A stretch of DNA of 19,655 nt from Gemmatimonadales bacterium (GTDB lineage: Bacteria; Gemmatimonadota; Gemmatimonadetes; Gemmatimonadales; GWC2-71-9), in NCBI GenBank assembly GCA_041613315.1, contig JBFJHJ010000045.1, forward strand, positions 1-19,655. The letters are read 5' to 3'. The notes beneath the pieces are model-generated. The model was given only the letters and a program-made list of their open reading frames with translations, had not been told where the DNA came from and did no database searches. Position numbers and translations under genes: made by a program. Shown here in pieces: positions 9,301-17,672 of this stretch. Within the stretch, counting starts at the first letter, position 1. Every line of letters starts with the position of its first letter.

Positions 9301-10855
9301 GCCCGGAGGGGTGGTCGAGCCCGCCGATCTCCAGGCGCCCGCCGGTATCGCACCCGCACCTGAGCGTCATGAGGCTTTGCGCGAGCTGGTGCGCGGGCGG
9401 ATGGAGATCCTGGGTCCCGTGACCGCGGCCGATCTCGCGCGATCGTTCGGCGTATCTGAGGGCGACATCGACGCCGCCCTCGCGGCATTGGAGGGCGAAG
9501 GCGCGATCCTCCGGGGTCAGTTCACTCCCGGATTGCGTGCTGTGGACGGCGGATCGCTCGAATGGTGCGATCGCCGTCTCCTCGCCCGGATCCACCGCTA
9601 CACGATCAACCGGCTCCGCGCCGAGATCGAGCCGGTGAGCGCGGCCGACTACATGCGGTTCCTGTTCCAGTGGCAGCGGATGGAGCCCGAGCATCGGGCC
9701 GCGGGCCTCGAGGGGCTGGCGGCGGTGATCGAGGGGCTGGACGGATTCGAGCTGGCGGCCGGGGCGTGGGAGGCCGACGTGCTGGCGTCGCGGGTGGACG
9801 AGTACGATCCGCTGCTGCTCGACACGCTCTGTCTCACCGGGCGCGTGGCGTGGGGCCGGCTCTCCCCCCGGCTCCAGCTGGGGCAAGGGCATGCGGCGGG
9901 GCCGCTGCGCTCGACGCCGGTCGCGCTGTTCCTCCGCGAGCACCGCGACGAGTGGATGGCGATCGCCCGGACGAACGGCGAGCACGAGCGCTCGGCGTAC
10001 GCCGCGCAAGCGCTGGACGTGTTGGAGCGGCGGGGCGCGTCGTTCTTCCAGGATCTGGTCAAGGGATCGGGGCTGCTCGCGACGCAGGTGGAACAGGCGT
10101 TGGGCGAATTGGTGGCATTGGGGCTGGTCACGTCGGACAGCTTCGCCGGGCTCCGCGCGCTGCTCGTCCCGTCGGGCAAGCGGCGGCCGCGCGCGGGCGG
10201 GCGGCGCAAGGGGAAGACGGTGCCGTTCGGCGTCGAGAGCGCGGGGCGATGGGAGCTCCTGTCTTCTGACCACCCGACCGCCTTACCGCCCGCCCGCACG
10301 TCACATGACCGCCCGACCGCCCGACCGCCCGACCGCGGGGGAAAGGGCGGGGAGCGGGCGGCCGCCCTCGAGACCTACGCCTGTGTCCTTCTGCGGCGCT
10401 ACGGTGTCGTGTTCCGCCGAGTGCTGGCGCGCGAGCCGTTCGCCGCGCCGTGGCGTGACTTGCTGCTGGTGTACCGCCGGCTCGAGGCCAGGGGCGAGAT
10501 CCGGGGTGGGCGGTTCGTCTCCGGCATGGCGGGCGAGCAGTTCGCGCTTCCCGAGGCCGTGGGACAGCTCCGCGCGGTGCGGAGGCAGGAGAAGGAAGGG
10601 CGGCTCGTCGGCATCTCCGCGGCCGATCCGCTGAACTTGACCGGTATGGTAACGCCCGGTGAGCGGATCCCCGCGCTCGCCGGTAACCGGGTGGTGTACG
10701 ACGACGGGGTGCCGGTCGCGGCGCTCGAAGGGGGAGCGTTCCGGCCGCTCGTGGAGTTGGCACCCGAGCGGGCGCTCGCCGTCGAGCGCGCGCTGGTCCG
10801 CCGGCTGGTGAGTCCGGTGTTGCGGAGATACTTGGGGGAGGCGGTGGGGAGATAG
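6359..10855 (+). CDS. lhr: Lhr-family ATP-dependent SF2 helicase, long form with C-terminal domain
   Basis: [48 protein letters not shown] and QRVGRAGH, plus C-terminal [14 protein letters not shown] and SAADPLNL. 1498 aa. Confidence 0.95.
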   Translation: MPLAAFHPAVRRWFAERLGEPTPPQVRGWEAIRSGRDTLIAAPTGSGKTLAAFLHAIDELLREGVDHGLPDEVRVLYVSPLKALSADIHKNLAEPRREIRRLAEAMGLDPAKITAAVRTGDTPAGERTRMLKTPPHILVTTPESLYLLLTAARSREMLRTVRTVIVDEIHAVIESRRGAHLALSLERLEHVAGNRMQRIGLSATQKPIEEVARFLVGAGRTREDGTADCAIVDEGHRRALDLAVEIPGSPLEAVMAGEVWEEVYDRLAQLAQEHRTTLVFVNTRRLAERVARHLSDRLGEDAVTAHHGSLAKDVRLDAEERLKTGQLKALVATASLELGIDIGHVDLVCQLGSPRRIAALLQRVGRAGHTVGGVSKGRLFPLSRDDLVEGAALFRAVKLGELDRLIMPEHPLDVLAQQVVAEAACEDWGEDDLYGLVTRAYPYRGLPRERFDGVVEMVARGFTTRRGRRGALVHRDAVNRRVRGRKGARLFAITSGGAIPDNADYRVVLEPEGTFIGTLNEDFAIESIPGDIFQLGNASWRMLRIQTGTVRVEDAKGQPPTIPFWLGEAPGRSHELSLAVSRLRADCESRMADREAAVEWLTAEIGLSRPAAGQIVDYFAESLRLLGVLPTQETLVAERFFDESGGMQLVIHAPFGSRVNRAWGLALRKRFCRQFNFELQAAATEDAVLLSLGPQHSFPLDDVFRYLHPNGVRDILVQALLDAPVFQTRWRWNVTISLAVLRNRGGRKVAPQIQRMEAEDLLAAAFPDAAACLENIAGDREIPDHPLVQQAVGDCLREAMDVDRLTAILERIHNGAITYLGRDLPEPSPLTHEILNARPYAFLDDAPLEERRAHAVYTRRAMEPSSSDDLGALDPEAIARVRDEARPDWDTADELHDAVLTSGFLTAHEVERTEGGRTQGGQADGRTGGRDGDSDGHGAGDALLDELVRERRVGRVTVGEAGGARVLWFAAERMPEMRAVWPGGVVEPADLQAPAGIAPAPERHEALRELVRGRMEILGPVTAADLARSFGVSEGDIDAALAALEGEGAILRGQFTPGLRAVDGGSLEWCDRRLLARIHRYTINRLRAEIEPVSAADYMRFLFQWQRMEPEHRAAGLEGLAAVIEGLDGFELAAGAWEADVLASRVDEYDPLLLDTLCLTGRVAWGRLSPRLQLGQGHAAGPLRSTPVALFLREHRDEWMAIARTNGEHERSAYAAQALDVLERRGASFFQDLVKGSGLLATQVEQALGELVALGLVTSDSFAGLRALLVPSGKRRPRAGGRRKGKTVPFGVESAGRWELLSSDHPTALPPARTSHDRPTARPPDRGGKGGERAAALETYACVLLRRYGVVFRRVLAREPFAAPWRDLLLVYRRLEARGEIRGGRFVSGMAGEQFALPEAVGQLRAVRRQEKEGRLVGISAADPLNLTGMVTPGERIPALAGNRVVYDDGVPVAALEGGAFRPLVELAPERALAVERALVRRLVSPVLRRYLGEAVGR
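9101..9147 (+). repeat. Intragenic octamer array (GGCGGWCR) in lhr
   Basis: ggcggtcg (9101), then ggcggtca ggcggacg ggcgtacg ggcggtcg (9116-9147). Encodes [14 protein letters not shown]. Confidence 0.7.
10267..10336 (-). repeat. Intragenic octamer array (reverse orientation) in lhr
   Basis: tgaccacc cgaccgcc ttaccgcc ... tgaccgcc cgaccgcc cgaccgcc cgaccgc. Encodes [23 protein letters not shown]. Confidence 0.75.
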
Positions 10856-10959
10856 ATGGTAGGGCGGGAAGTGAGTAAGGCGGTAAGGATCGCCTACATT
10901 CCGCCCCTACCGACCTACCGCCTTTCGCACTTACCGGCTTACGCACCTACCGCCTTTTT
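10840..10959. repeat. Inverted octamer arrays after lhr forming a long imperfect hairpin with T-tract (probable lhr terminator)
   Basis: Left arm ggcggtgg ggagatag ... ggcgggaa gtgagtaa ggcggtaa. Right arm ctaccgac ctaccgcc tttcgcac ttaccggc ttacgcac ctaccgcc (10907-10954), followed by TTTTT. Confidence 0.7.
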
Positions 10960-10967
10960 CGTCCTAC

Positions 10968-10985
10968 TGTCCGCCGTCGTGGACA
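10968..10985. promoter_or_regulatory. Candidate enhancer (UAS) palindrome for a sigma54 activator
   Basis: TGTCC-N8-GGACA, about 100-120 bp upstream of the predicted sigma54 TSS. Confidence 0.4.
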
Positions 10986-11059
10986 CTCCTTGCCGTCAGA
11001 CGCGCCACGTGTTCCCCGTCAAGTCATTATCCCACAGCAACTTCGCCTTCCTGGAACAT

Positions 11060-11076
11060 CTGGCATTCCTCTTGCG
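11060..11076 (+). promoter_or_regulatory. Sigma54 (RpoN) -24/-12 promoter
   Basis: CTGGCATTCCTCTTGCG = TGGCA-N6-TTGC with exact GG-N10-GC spacing. Intergenic and oriented toward the ORF at 11152. Confidence 0.75.
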
Positions 11077-11151
11077 TTGTTAAGGGAGCGTTCAAAATCG
11101 GGGCCGGGCTCGACTCGGCGTGGTCGGACGCAGGCAGTGAGGTGAGCTGTG

Positions 11152-11466
11152 ATGCGCCAGGACATTCCCAGACTCAAGCCGACGATGCACATCGACGCGG
11201 TGCCGGAGCTGCGGCTTCGGCCGCAGGTGGCGCCCGTGGTACCGAAACGGCGCCGGCGACGGATCGCGGGCGTGCTCTCGGCGCTCGGTGGGCTCGCGGT
11301 CGTCGTGGGGTTCGCGCTCTCGCCGGTGCTGCACGGGGACCATGATATGACGCACCCCGAGGCGGTAGTCCCCGCGGAAGCGGGGGCATCAGATCATGGG
11401 ATCGAGGCGCCGACGGACCCCGGCGGCGCCGGAACGGCTGGAGCGCTCTGGCGGAGCTGCGCATGA
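11152..11466 (+). CDS. Hypothetical small bitopic membrane protein
   Basis: GAGGTG SD 7 nt before the ATG (alternative GTG at 11149). KRRRRR is followed by about 20 hydrophobic residues and a His/Asp/Ala-rich tail. Upstream sigma54 promoter. No family recognised. Confidence 0.6.
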   Translation: MRQDIPRLKPTMHIDAVPELRLRPQVAPVVPKRRRRRIAGVLSALGGLAVVVGFALSPVLHGDHDMTHPEAVVPAEAGASDHGIEAPTDPGGAGTAGALWRSCA

Positions 11467-11590
11467 GGTAGGGCGGTAGGTTTGCCGGAGGGTCGAGAGC
11501 GACGGGGCGGGCGGTGCGGTTGCGCCGCCCGCCCTTTGCTATGTGGGGAGTGGCCTGGCGGCCGCAGCTCCGCCCTCCGTCCGCCTGTTT

Positions 11591-12904
11591 CTACCCCACC
11601 CGCCGCGTCTTCCGCCGCATGAAATCCATCAGGATGTATTGCCCCAGCGTCATCGTGTTCGTGAAATACGCCTTGCCCCGCGAGATCTCGCACACCCGCT
11701 TCACGAACTCGACCAGCATCCGCTCCCGCGCAAGCATGAACGTGTTGATCATGATCCCCGCCCGCTTGCAGATCGAGACCTCGCGGTAGGTCTCCTTCAG
11801 GATCTTCGGGTCCAGCCCCATCGAGTTCACGTAGATCCGCCCGTCGGGCATCGTGAGCGCCGACGGCTTGCCGTCGGTGATCATGATGATCTGCCGCATG
11901 TCCTTCTTCTGCGCCTGCAGGATGCGGCGCGCGAGCTTGAGCCCCTCGGCGGTGTTCGTGTGATACGGCCCCACCTGGGCGTGCGCCAGCCGCGCCAGCG
12001 GAATCTCCTCGGCGCCGTCGTGGAATAGCACGACTCGGATGGAATCGCCTGGGAACTGCGTGCGGATCAGGTGCGTGAGTGCCAGCGCCACCTTCTTGGC
12101 CGGCGTGAAACGGTCCTCGCCGTAGAGGATCATCGAGTGCGAGCAGTCGAGCATCAGCACCGTCGCCGCGCTCGAACGGTACTCGGCCTGGTGCACCATG
12201 AGGTCCGGGTAATCGATGTCGATGATCGTCCGACCGTCCGACCGCCGCACCGCCCCGCGCGCGAGCGCGTTCTTGAGCGTCTCCGGCACGTCCAGGTTGA
12301 GCGTGTCGCCGAACTCGTACGGCTTGGAGACGGCCTCGGCCTCGACGCCCGTTGCGAGGTGCTCGGTGTCGTGCGCGCCGAAGCTCGACTTGCCGACGCT
12401 CCCCAGGAGGCTTCGCAGCGCGCGGTACCCCAGGAAGTCGAGGCCCTTCTCGGTCAAGTTGAACTGCACCTGCTGCGCCGCCGACTGCGCCTGCCCGCCC
12501 GGCCCGAACACCTGCTGATGCCCCTCGGGCACCTGCGGCGCGTGCTCGACCGAGAGGTACCCATCGTCGATCAGCTTCTGGACGATCTGGTCGATCAGGT
12601 CGGCGAGCTGCTGTTGGATCTGGGCGTCCCGCGCGGGATCGCCGCTCGACTCGCCGCGGAGCACCTGCAGCATGTCCTGCGTCAGCTTGCCCGACTCCAC
12701 CAGCGCCTGGACGATCGCCTGCTTCAGCGCGTCCATGGACCGGTCGCCCTCCTCGTCGCCGAAGGGCCCCCAGTAGGGATGGTAGAACGGACCACCCGCG
12801 AACCCCGACTGGAGCAGGAAGTCGGACAGCTGCTCCAGCAGCTCCTGGAGGTTCACCGCATCGAGCAGCTCGGGTAGGAACTTGGAATAGGTCGTGTAGC
12901 GCAT
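11591..12904 (-). CDS. VWA domain-containing protein (partner of AAA+ ATPase)
   Basis: MIDAS DCSHS...TNT...ITDG and [12 protein letters not shown] motif. Start placed at ATG 12904 (MRYTTYSKF) to avoid overlap with the divergent MFS gene. Confidence 0.9.
   Translation of the reverse strand: MRYTTYSKFLPELLDAVNLQELLEQLSDFLLQSGFAGGPFYHPYWGPFGDEEGDRSMDALKQAIVQALVESGKLTQDMLQVLRGESSGDPARDAQIQQQLADLIDQIVQKLIDDGYLSVEHAPQVPEGHQQVFGPGGQAQSAAQQVQFNLTEKGLDFLGYRALRSLLGSVGKSSFGAHDTEHLATGVEAEAVSKPYEFGDTLNLDVPETLKNALARGAVRRSDGRTIIDIDYPDLMVHQAEYRSSAATVLMLDCSHSMILYGEDRFTPAKKVALALTHLIRTQFPGDSIRVVLFHDGAEEIPLARLAHAQVGPYHTNTAEGLKLARRILQAQKKDMRQIIMITDGKPSALTMPDGRIYVNSMGLDPKILKETYREVSICKRAGIMINTFMLARERMLVEFVKRVCEISRGKAYFTNTMTLGQYILMDFMRRKTRRVG
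12231..12254 (-). repeat. Intragenic 3 x 8-nt array in the VWA gene
   Basis: cgaccgtc cgaccgcc gcaccgcc, exactly 24 nt, in the segment encoding GAVRRSDG. Confidence 0.55.
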
Positions 12905-12944
12905 TGGGTTGTACGAAACCTTACGGGGGGCGATTGTTCCCGCA

Positions 12945-14258
12945 ATGTCTGGCGGTCCCACTCCCGACCCGCCCCAGCCCGGCGGTCAGGCGGACGGGCG
13001 GTCGGGCGAACCCCCCGACCTCGCCCACCCCACCCTCCGCCCGCCGCGCCCACGCGCCGTGCCGTTCGGGGCGCTGCGCCACCGCAACTTCCAGCTCTAC
13101 TTCGGCGGCTTCGTCGTGTCGCTGGTGGGCGTCTGGATGCAACGCATCGCCCAGTCGTGGCTCGTGCTCGAGCTCACCGACTCGGCGTTCTACGTGGGGC
13201 TGGTGGACGCGATGGGCTCGCTGCCGGTGCTGTTCTTCTCGCTCTATGCCGGCGCCATCGCCGACCGCGTGTCCAAACGGCGGCTCGTGCTCACGTCGCA
13301 GAGCTCGTCCATGGTGTTCGCCTTCGCGCTCGGCGCGATCGTGCTGGCGGGACACGTGTCGCTGTGGCACGTCGTCCTGGTGGCCGCGCTCCTGGGACTC
13401 GCCAACGCGTTCGATATCCCCGCCCGCCAGGCGTTCATGGTGGAGCTGGTCGGCAAGGACGACCTGATGAGCGCCATCGCGCTCAACTCGTCGGCGTTCA
13501 ACGGGAGCCGGCTGGTGGGGCCGGCGGTGGCGGGTATCCTCATCGGCCTCGTGGGCGTGGGCCCGGTGTTCGTGCTGAACGGCGTCACCTATCTCGCCGT
13601 GATCGCCGCCCTCCTCGCGATGCGGCTGCCCCCGGCGCCGCGCCCCGGATCCATCTCCGCGTGGGACACGATCCGGGACGGCTTCCGCTACGTGCGCACC
13701 GACCGGCGCGTGCAGGCGTTGATCGCGAACGTCGCCGTCGTGAGCGTGTTCGCGTTTCCCGTGCAGGTGCTCCTGCCGGTCGTGGTGCGCGACGTGATGG
13801 GCCTGGGCGCCGTCGAGTACGGCTGGACGATGTCCGCGGTGGGCCTGGGGGCGCTGCTCGGGGCGCTGGCACTCGCAACGTTCGTGCGTCACATCCCCAA
13901 GGGCCTGGTACTGGGGATCTCGTCCACCGCGTTCGGGATTCTGGTGGCGCTCTTCGCCCTCACGCGCTCGCTGGCGGCGGCGCTGATCCTCCTGCCCGTG
14001 ATGGGCGTCGCCATGATCGTGACCACGGCGCTCACCAACACTCTGCTCCAGGTCCTCGCGCCCGACGAGCTGCGCGGCCGGGTGATCTCGTTCTACACCT
14101 TCGCGTTCGTGGGCCTGGGGCCATTCGGGGCGCTCCAGGCGGGCGCGCTGGCCGAGCGGTTCGGCCCGACGGTGCCGCTGGTGGCGGGCGGGGCGGTGAC
14201 GGCGCTGGTGGGACTCTTCGGGGTGCTGCGGTCGAAGGAGCTGAGGGGAAGTGAGTAA
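12945..14258 (+). CDS. MFS transporter (MFS_3 / DHA3-like family)
   Basis: About 12 hydrophobic segments. ALRHRNFQLY, GVWMQRIAQSWLV, AGAIADR, AFDIPARQA, GPAVAG and PDELRGRV. Start placed at ATG 12945; the exact start is uncertain. Confidence 0.9.
   Translation: MSGGPTPDPPQPGGQADGRSGEPPDLAHPTLRPPRPRAVPFGALRHRNFQLYFGGFVVSLVGVWMQRIAQSWLVLELTDSAFYVGLVDAMGSLPVLFFSLYAGAIADRVSKRRLVLTSQSSSMVFAFALGAIVLAGHVSLWHVVLVAALLGLANAFDIPARQAFMVELVGKDDLMSAIALNSSAFNGSRLVGPAVAGILIGLVGVGPVFVLNGVTYLAVIAALLAMRLPPAPRPGSISAWDTIRDGFRYVRTDRRVQALIANVAVVSVFAFPVQVLLPVVVRDVMGLGAVEYGWTMSAVGLGALLGALALATFVRHIPKGLVLGISSTAFGILVALFALTRSLAAALILLPVMGVAMIVTTALTNTLLQVLAPDELRGRVISFYTFAFVGLGPFGALQAGALAERFGPTVPLVAGGAVTALVGLFGVLRSKELRGSE
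12981..13004 (+). repeat. Intragenic 3 x 8-nt array in the MFS N-terminus
   Basis: ggcggtca ggcggacg ggcggtcg, encoding GGQADGRS. Nearly identical to 9116-9147. Confidence 0.7.
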
Positions 14259-14448
14259 GTGAGTAAGTGAGTAAGTGGGTAGGGGGGTAAGGGAGTAGGA
14301 GGGAAGTGAGAGCATGTGGGGAAGGGCAACGGTCAGGTACGCTGGTGCGGGGATTCGGTCACGTCGAGCGGCTCAACGCCGACGCTAGGCGTGTCGGACG
14401 CGCACGCCCTACCGCCTTACCCTCTTACCGCCTTACCGCCCGTCCGCC
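14251..14448. repeat. Convergent octamer arrays between the MFS and cytidylate-kinase-like genes
   Basis: gtgagtaa x3 gtgggtag gggggtaa gggagtag (14251-14298) and ctaccgcc ttaccctc ttaccgcc ttaccgcc cgtccgcc (14409-14448). Both genes' TAA stops lie inside the arrays. Confidence 0.8.
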
Positions 14449-15073
14449 ATCCCCGTACTCTCGCCGCCTCCACGATCAACCCCGCTGCCTGATCGTAATC
14501 GAACACCGCGGTGTTGATCACGAGGTGATAGTTGGCGGGATCGTCCCACTTGCGGTCGTAGTGCGTCTTCACGTAGCGGCGTCGGCCCTCGTCGGTCCGG
14601 TCCAGCGTCTCCTCCGCATCCTCGCGCCGGAGGCCGAGGCGGTTCATGGCGGCGCGGACCCGCACCTCGCGGGGTGCCGCGATGTAGACGTGCAGGGTGT
14701 CCTCCCGTTGCGCGAGGTACGCCTGCGCGCCGCGGCCGACGAGCACCGCGTTGTCCTCGCGGACGGCCTGGTTGATCACCGCCTCTGTGACCGTGACCAG
14801 CTCGTCCTCGGTGCCCAGCCGCGCGTCGGCTGTTTCGCCGGTGGCGACGAACAGCTCGGGGGAGGAGATGGCGAGCGCGCGGGCGAGGCGCTCGATGAGT
14901 CCCGGTGTCCGTTCTTCCCGCGCCTCCACCTCCTGGCGCGTGAGGCCGGCGCGGGCCGCCACGCGGTCCACGAACTCGTTGTCGAGGAGCAGCCAACCGA
15001 GCCGCTCGGCGACCCGCCGCGCGATATCGGAGCCGCCCGAGGCGTATTGGCGCGAGATGGTGATGACGGGCAC
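14417..15073 (-). CDS. Cytidylate kinase-like family protein (Cytidylate_kin2)
   Basis: Starts VPVITISRQYASGG..IA..VAERLG, followed by VLVGRGA, D..RRRY and YHLVINT. GTG at 15073 with a GGGAG SD. The longer 451-aa ORF overlaps the upstream gene and was trimmed. Confidence 0.88.
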   Translation of the reverse strand: MPVITISRQYASGGSDIARRVAERLGWLLLDNEFVDRVAARAGLTRQEVEAREERTPGLIERLARALAISSPELFVATGETADARLGTEDELVTVTEAVINQAVREDNAVLVGRGAQAYLAQREDTLHVYIAAPREVRVRAAMNRLGLRREDAEETLDRTDEGRRRYVKTHYDRKWDDPANYHLVINTAVFDYDQAAGLIVEAARVRGWRTGGKAVRG

Positions 15074-15099
15074 GACTCCCGCCTTCGGTCGCTTGCCCG

Positions 15100-16581
15100 C
15101 TACTGGAAGAGGTGCGGGTCCATGCCCCCGCCGTGGCCGCCCTGGCCGAAGGACGGCGGCTTGTCCGGCCGGATGCGGTGCCACGCCCAGTCCTCGGTGC
15201 GCGAGATCCGCTTGTGGGCGACAAGCCCCTCGAGCACCAGCTCGGACGCCGCCACCATGGTGGCCGGGTCTTTCCTCGGCGCCAAGCCGCTGCGCTCGAT
15301 CACGTCCAGCAGGCTCGGCACCGTCGAGAAGCCCTTGAGGCAGACGTCGGAGCGCTCGTTCTGCTGCATCTTGAGCGCCCCGCCCTGATCGAACCACTGG
15401 ATGATCTCCTGACACTCGGCTTCCGGGATGCGGGCGTCGAAGGTCTTGCCGGCCGCCCGCCGCACCAGGTCGCGGGCGACCGTGTCGGCGCCTTGGAGCT
15501 CGCCCTCGTACTCCAGCTCGATCTTGCCGGTGATGGACGGGAGGGCGCCGTAGACGTCGGACAGCCGGGGCACGACGCCCTTCTCTTTCGTGAAGATGGC
15601 GCGCTGTTCGGCGTTGGACACGACGTTCTCGAGCACCGTGATCGGTAACCGCTGGCTCACCCCCGAACGCCGGTCCACCCGCTTGTCCTCGCGTGCCTCG
15701 AAGGCGATTCGCTCGACCACCTCCCGGATGAACTCGGGGACGTCGAGACCGCGGCCGTTGCGGGCGATCCACGCTTCCTGCTCGGTGATCGCCATCCCGT
15801 GCTCGACGGTTTCGGGATAGTGCGTCAAGATCTCGCTGCCGATCCGGTCCTTGAGCGGTGTGATGATTTTGCCGCGCGCCGTGTAGTCCTCGGGGTTCGC
15901 CGAGAAGACGAGGGCCACGTCGAGCAGCAGCCGGATCGGGTAGCCTTTGATCTGGACGTCTCCCTCTTGCATGATGTTGAACAGGCCCACCTGGATCTTA
16001 CCCGAGAGGTCCGGCAGCTCGTTCAACGCGAAGATGCCGCGATTGCTGCGGGGAAGCAGGCCGTAGTGGATCGTCAGCTCGTCCGAGAGCAGGTGACCGC
16101 CGCGGGCGGCCTTGATCGGGTCGACGTCACCGATGATATCCGCGATCGTGACGTCGGGGGTCGCGAGCTTCTCGACGTAGCGATGATCCCGCGGCAGCCA
16201 GTCGATCGGGGCGCGATCGCCGTGCTCCTCCACGAGCTGGCGCCCGTACTTGGAGATCGGCCGGAGCGGATTGTCGTTCACCTCGCTCCCGGCGAGGATC
16301 GGGATCTCCTCGTCGAGCAGCTCGGTGAGCGCCCGTAGGATCCGGCTCTTGGCCTGCCCCCGGAGCCCCAGGAGGATGAAATTGTGGCGCGACAGGATGG
16401 CGTTCACGACGTGCGGGACCACCGTATCCTCGTAGCCGATGATCCCCGGGAACACCTCGCGCCGAGACTCGAGCAGGCAGATCAAGTTCTCTCGCATCTC
16501 GTCCTTCACGCTCCGCGCGTGGAAGCGCGGTGCGGCCCACTCGCTCTGCTTGAGATCGCCTAACGTCGTTGGGCGCGTCAT
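15100..16581 (-). CDS. AAA+ ATPase (MoxR / Mg-chelatase ChlI-like; VWA-associated)
   Basis: Walker A variant GLRGQAKS, Walker B variant IFALNELPDL, SANPEDYT.RG.II.PLKDR arginine-finger region. GGGAG SD. Confidence 0.9.
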   Translation of the reverse strand: MTRPTTLGDLKQSEWAAPRFHARSVKDEMRENLICLLESRREVFPGIIGYEDTVVPHVVNAILSRHNFILLGLRGQAKSRILRALTELLDEEIPILAGSEVNDNPLRPISKYGRQLVEEHGDRAPIDWLPRDHRYVEKLATPDVTIADIIGDVDPIKAARGGHLLSDELTIHYGLLPRSNRGIFALNELPDLSGKIQVGLFNIMQEGDVQIKGYPIRLLLDVALVFSANPEDYTARGKIITPLKDRIGSEILTHYPETVEHGMAITEQEAWIARNGRGLDVPEFIREVVERIAFEAREDKRVDRRSGVSQRLPITVLENVVSNAEQRAIFTKEKGVVPRLSDVYGALPSITGKIELEYEGELQGADTVARDLVRRAAGKTFDARIPEAECQEIIQWFDQGGALKMQQNERSDVCLKGFSTVPSLLDVIERSGLAPRKDPATMVAASELVLEGLVAHKRISRTEDWAWHRIRPDKPPSFGQGGHGGGMDPHLFQ

Positions 16582-16814
16582 GTGACTCCCTTGGGACGAT
16601 CCGAAATCAGCAATTCGCGGTCCGCAAACCGCAGATGGCGCACCAATCGGGTTTCTGAGATCCGCTGACAGATATACCCGGTGGCATGCGCACCGTTCAA
16701 CCCCGCCGCCGCGGGCGCCGGCCCGGCGCTCGACCTGGCGGGAGACGCGGTGTACCGGTTCAACGTTGGAGGGTTGTCCATCGTGGCCGCAAGGGCCGGT
16801 CGGTGGGGCGGCCG

Positions 16815-17672
16815 CTACAGCCCGAGGACGTTTCGCTGGAGCTTGCGCAGGCCCTGCTCGTCACACCACACGTCGAGCTCCACCGACGCCACGTCGTCCA
16901 CCAGCGGCACGGCGGTCCCCATCTCGCGAAGATCGACGGACTTGACGTACACGCCGCAGCTCCGGCACTCCTCGACGCGGACGTGCGGCATCGATTCACC
17001 GACGTGGTAGATGAGCTGTTCCGGCTTGGTCTCGCCGCAGTTGGGGCAGGTCGAGCGGGGAAAGGGCCACGCCGCGATGCAGAGCGAGCACACCAAGACC
17101 CGCCGGCCCTTGATGTCCGGCTCGTTACGGATCGCCGCCACCTGCGGGAGCCGGCTGCAGTAGGGACAGGAGCGCATCTCGGTCGGCACATCGTCGGCCG
17201 GCTCCACGAGCGCTTCCGCGATCGGCTGGACGAAGGCGCGCGGAAAGAACTCGAGCTGGAGCGGTCCGCACCCGAGTGCGCTGGCGAGCTCCTCCAGCGG
17301 CTCTTGCGTCAAGAAGTGGGTCAGTGCCCACGCATGGGTCTCGTGCCCCGCCAAGAGCAGGGATTCCGCCGCAGTGGCGAGCAGGTCCGTCGCAGGTGGT
17401 GCGATCGTCTCCACGAACTCCTGAAACCGTGGCAGCAGATCGGCGACCGGCAGCCGCTCCAGGCGGAAACGCGGCACGCCCTCCCCGGGGGCGGCGCGCG
17501 CCACCTCGTGCCACCCCGCTGCGAGTGCGGCGTGATACAGCGGCTCCTGCAACGACAGCAGCTCGCGATAGAACGCGAGCAGCTCCTGCGCGTGCGGCTG
17601 TCGCGTCTGGAGAACCTTTGCGCGCTGTTGTCGGGCGTTCCAGGGAGGGTTGAGGAGGCTCGCGCCGCTCAA
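16815..17672 (-). CDS. fdhE: Formate dehydrogenase accessory protein FdhE
   Basis: Four CxxC motifs (CPYC, CSLC, CPNC, CRSC), YVKSVD and DDVAS..LD. TTG start overlaps the fdnI TGA (TTGA); the start is inferred. Confidence 0.9.
   Translation of the reverse strand: MSGASLLNPPWNARQQRAKVLQTRQPHAQELLAFYRELLSLQEPLYHAALAAGWHEVARAAPGEGVPRFRLERLPVADLLPRFQEFVETIAPPATDLLATAAESLLLAGHETHAWALTHFLTQEPLEELASALGCGPLQLEFFPRAFVQPIAEALVEPADDVPTEMRSCPYCSRLPQVAAIRNEPDIKGRRVLVCSLCIAAWPFPRSTCPNCGETKPEQLIYHVGESMPHVRVEECRSCGVYVKSVDLREMGTAVPLVDDVASVELDVWCDEQGLRKLQRNVLGL

Noticed and set aside
14251..14448. Possible CRISPR array or IS ends
   Set aside because: Units are 8 nt with no spacers, and there is no cas gene, transposase or target-site duplication.
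15074..15772. N-terminal extension of the 451-aa ORF, suggesting a frameshift fusion of the ATPase and the kinase-like gene
   Set aside because: The kinase-like gene has its own SD and GTG at 15073, the ATPase ends normally, and no slippery site was seen.
16578..16781. 67-aa ORF overlapping the ATPase start
   Set aside because: No SD or motif and atypical composition. The region more likely holds the ATPase promoter and leader.
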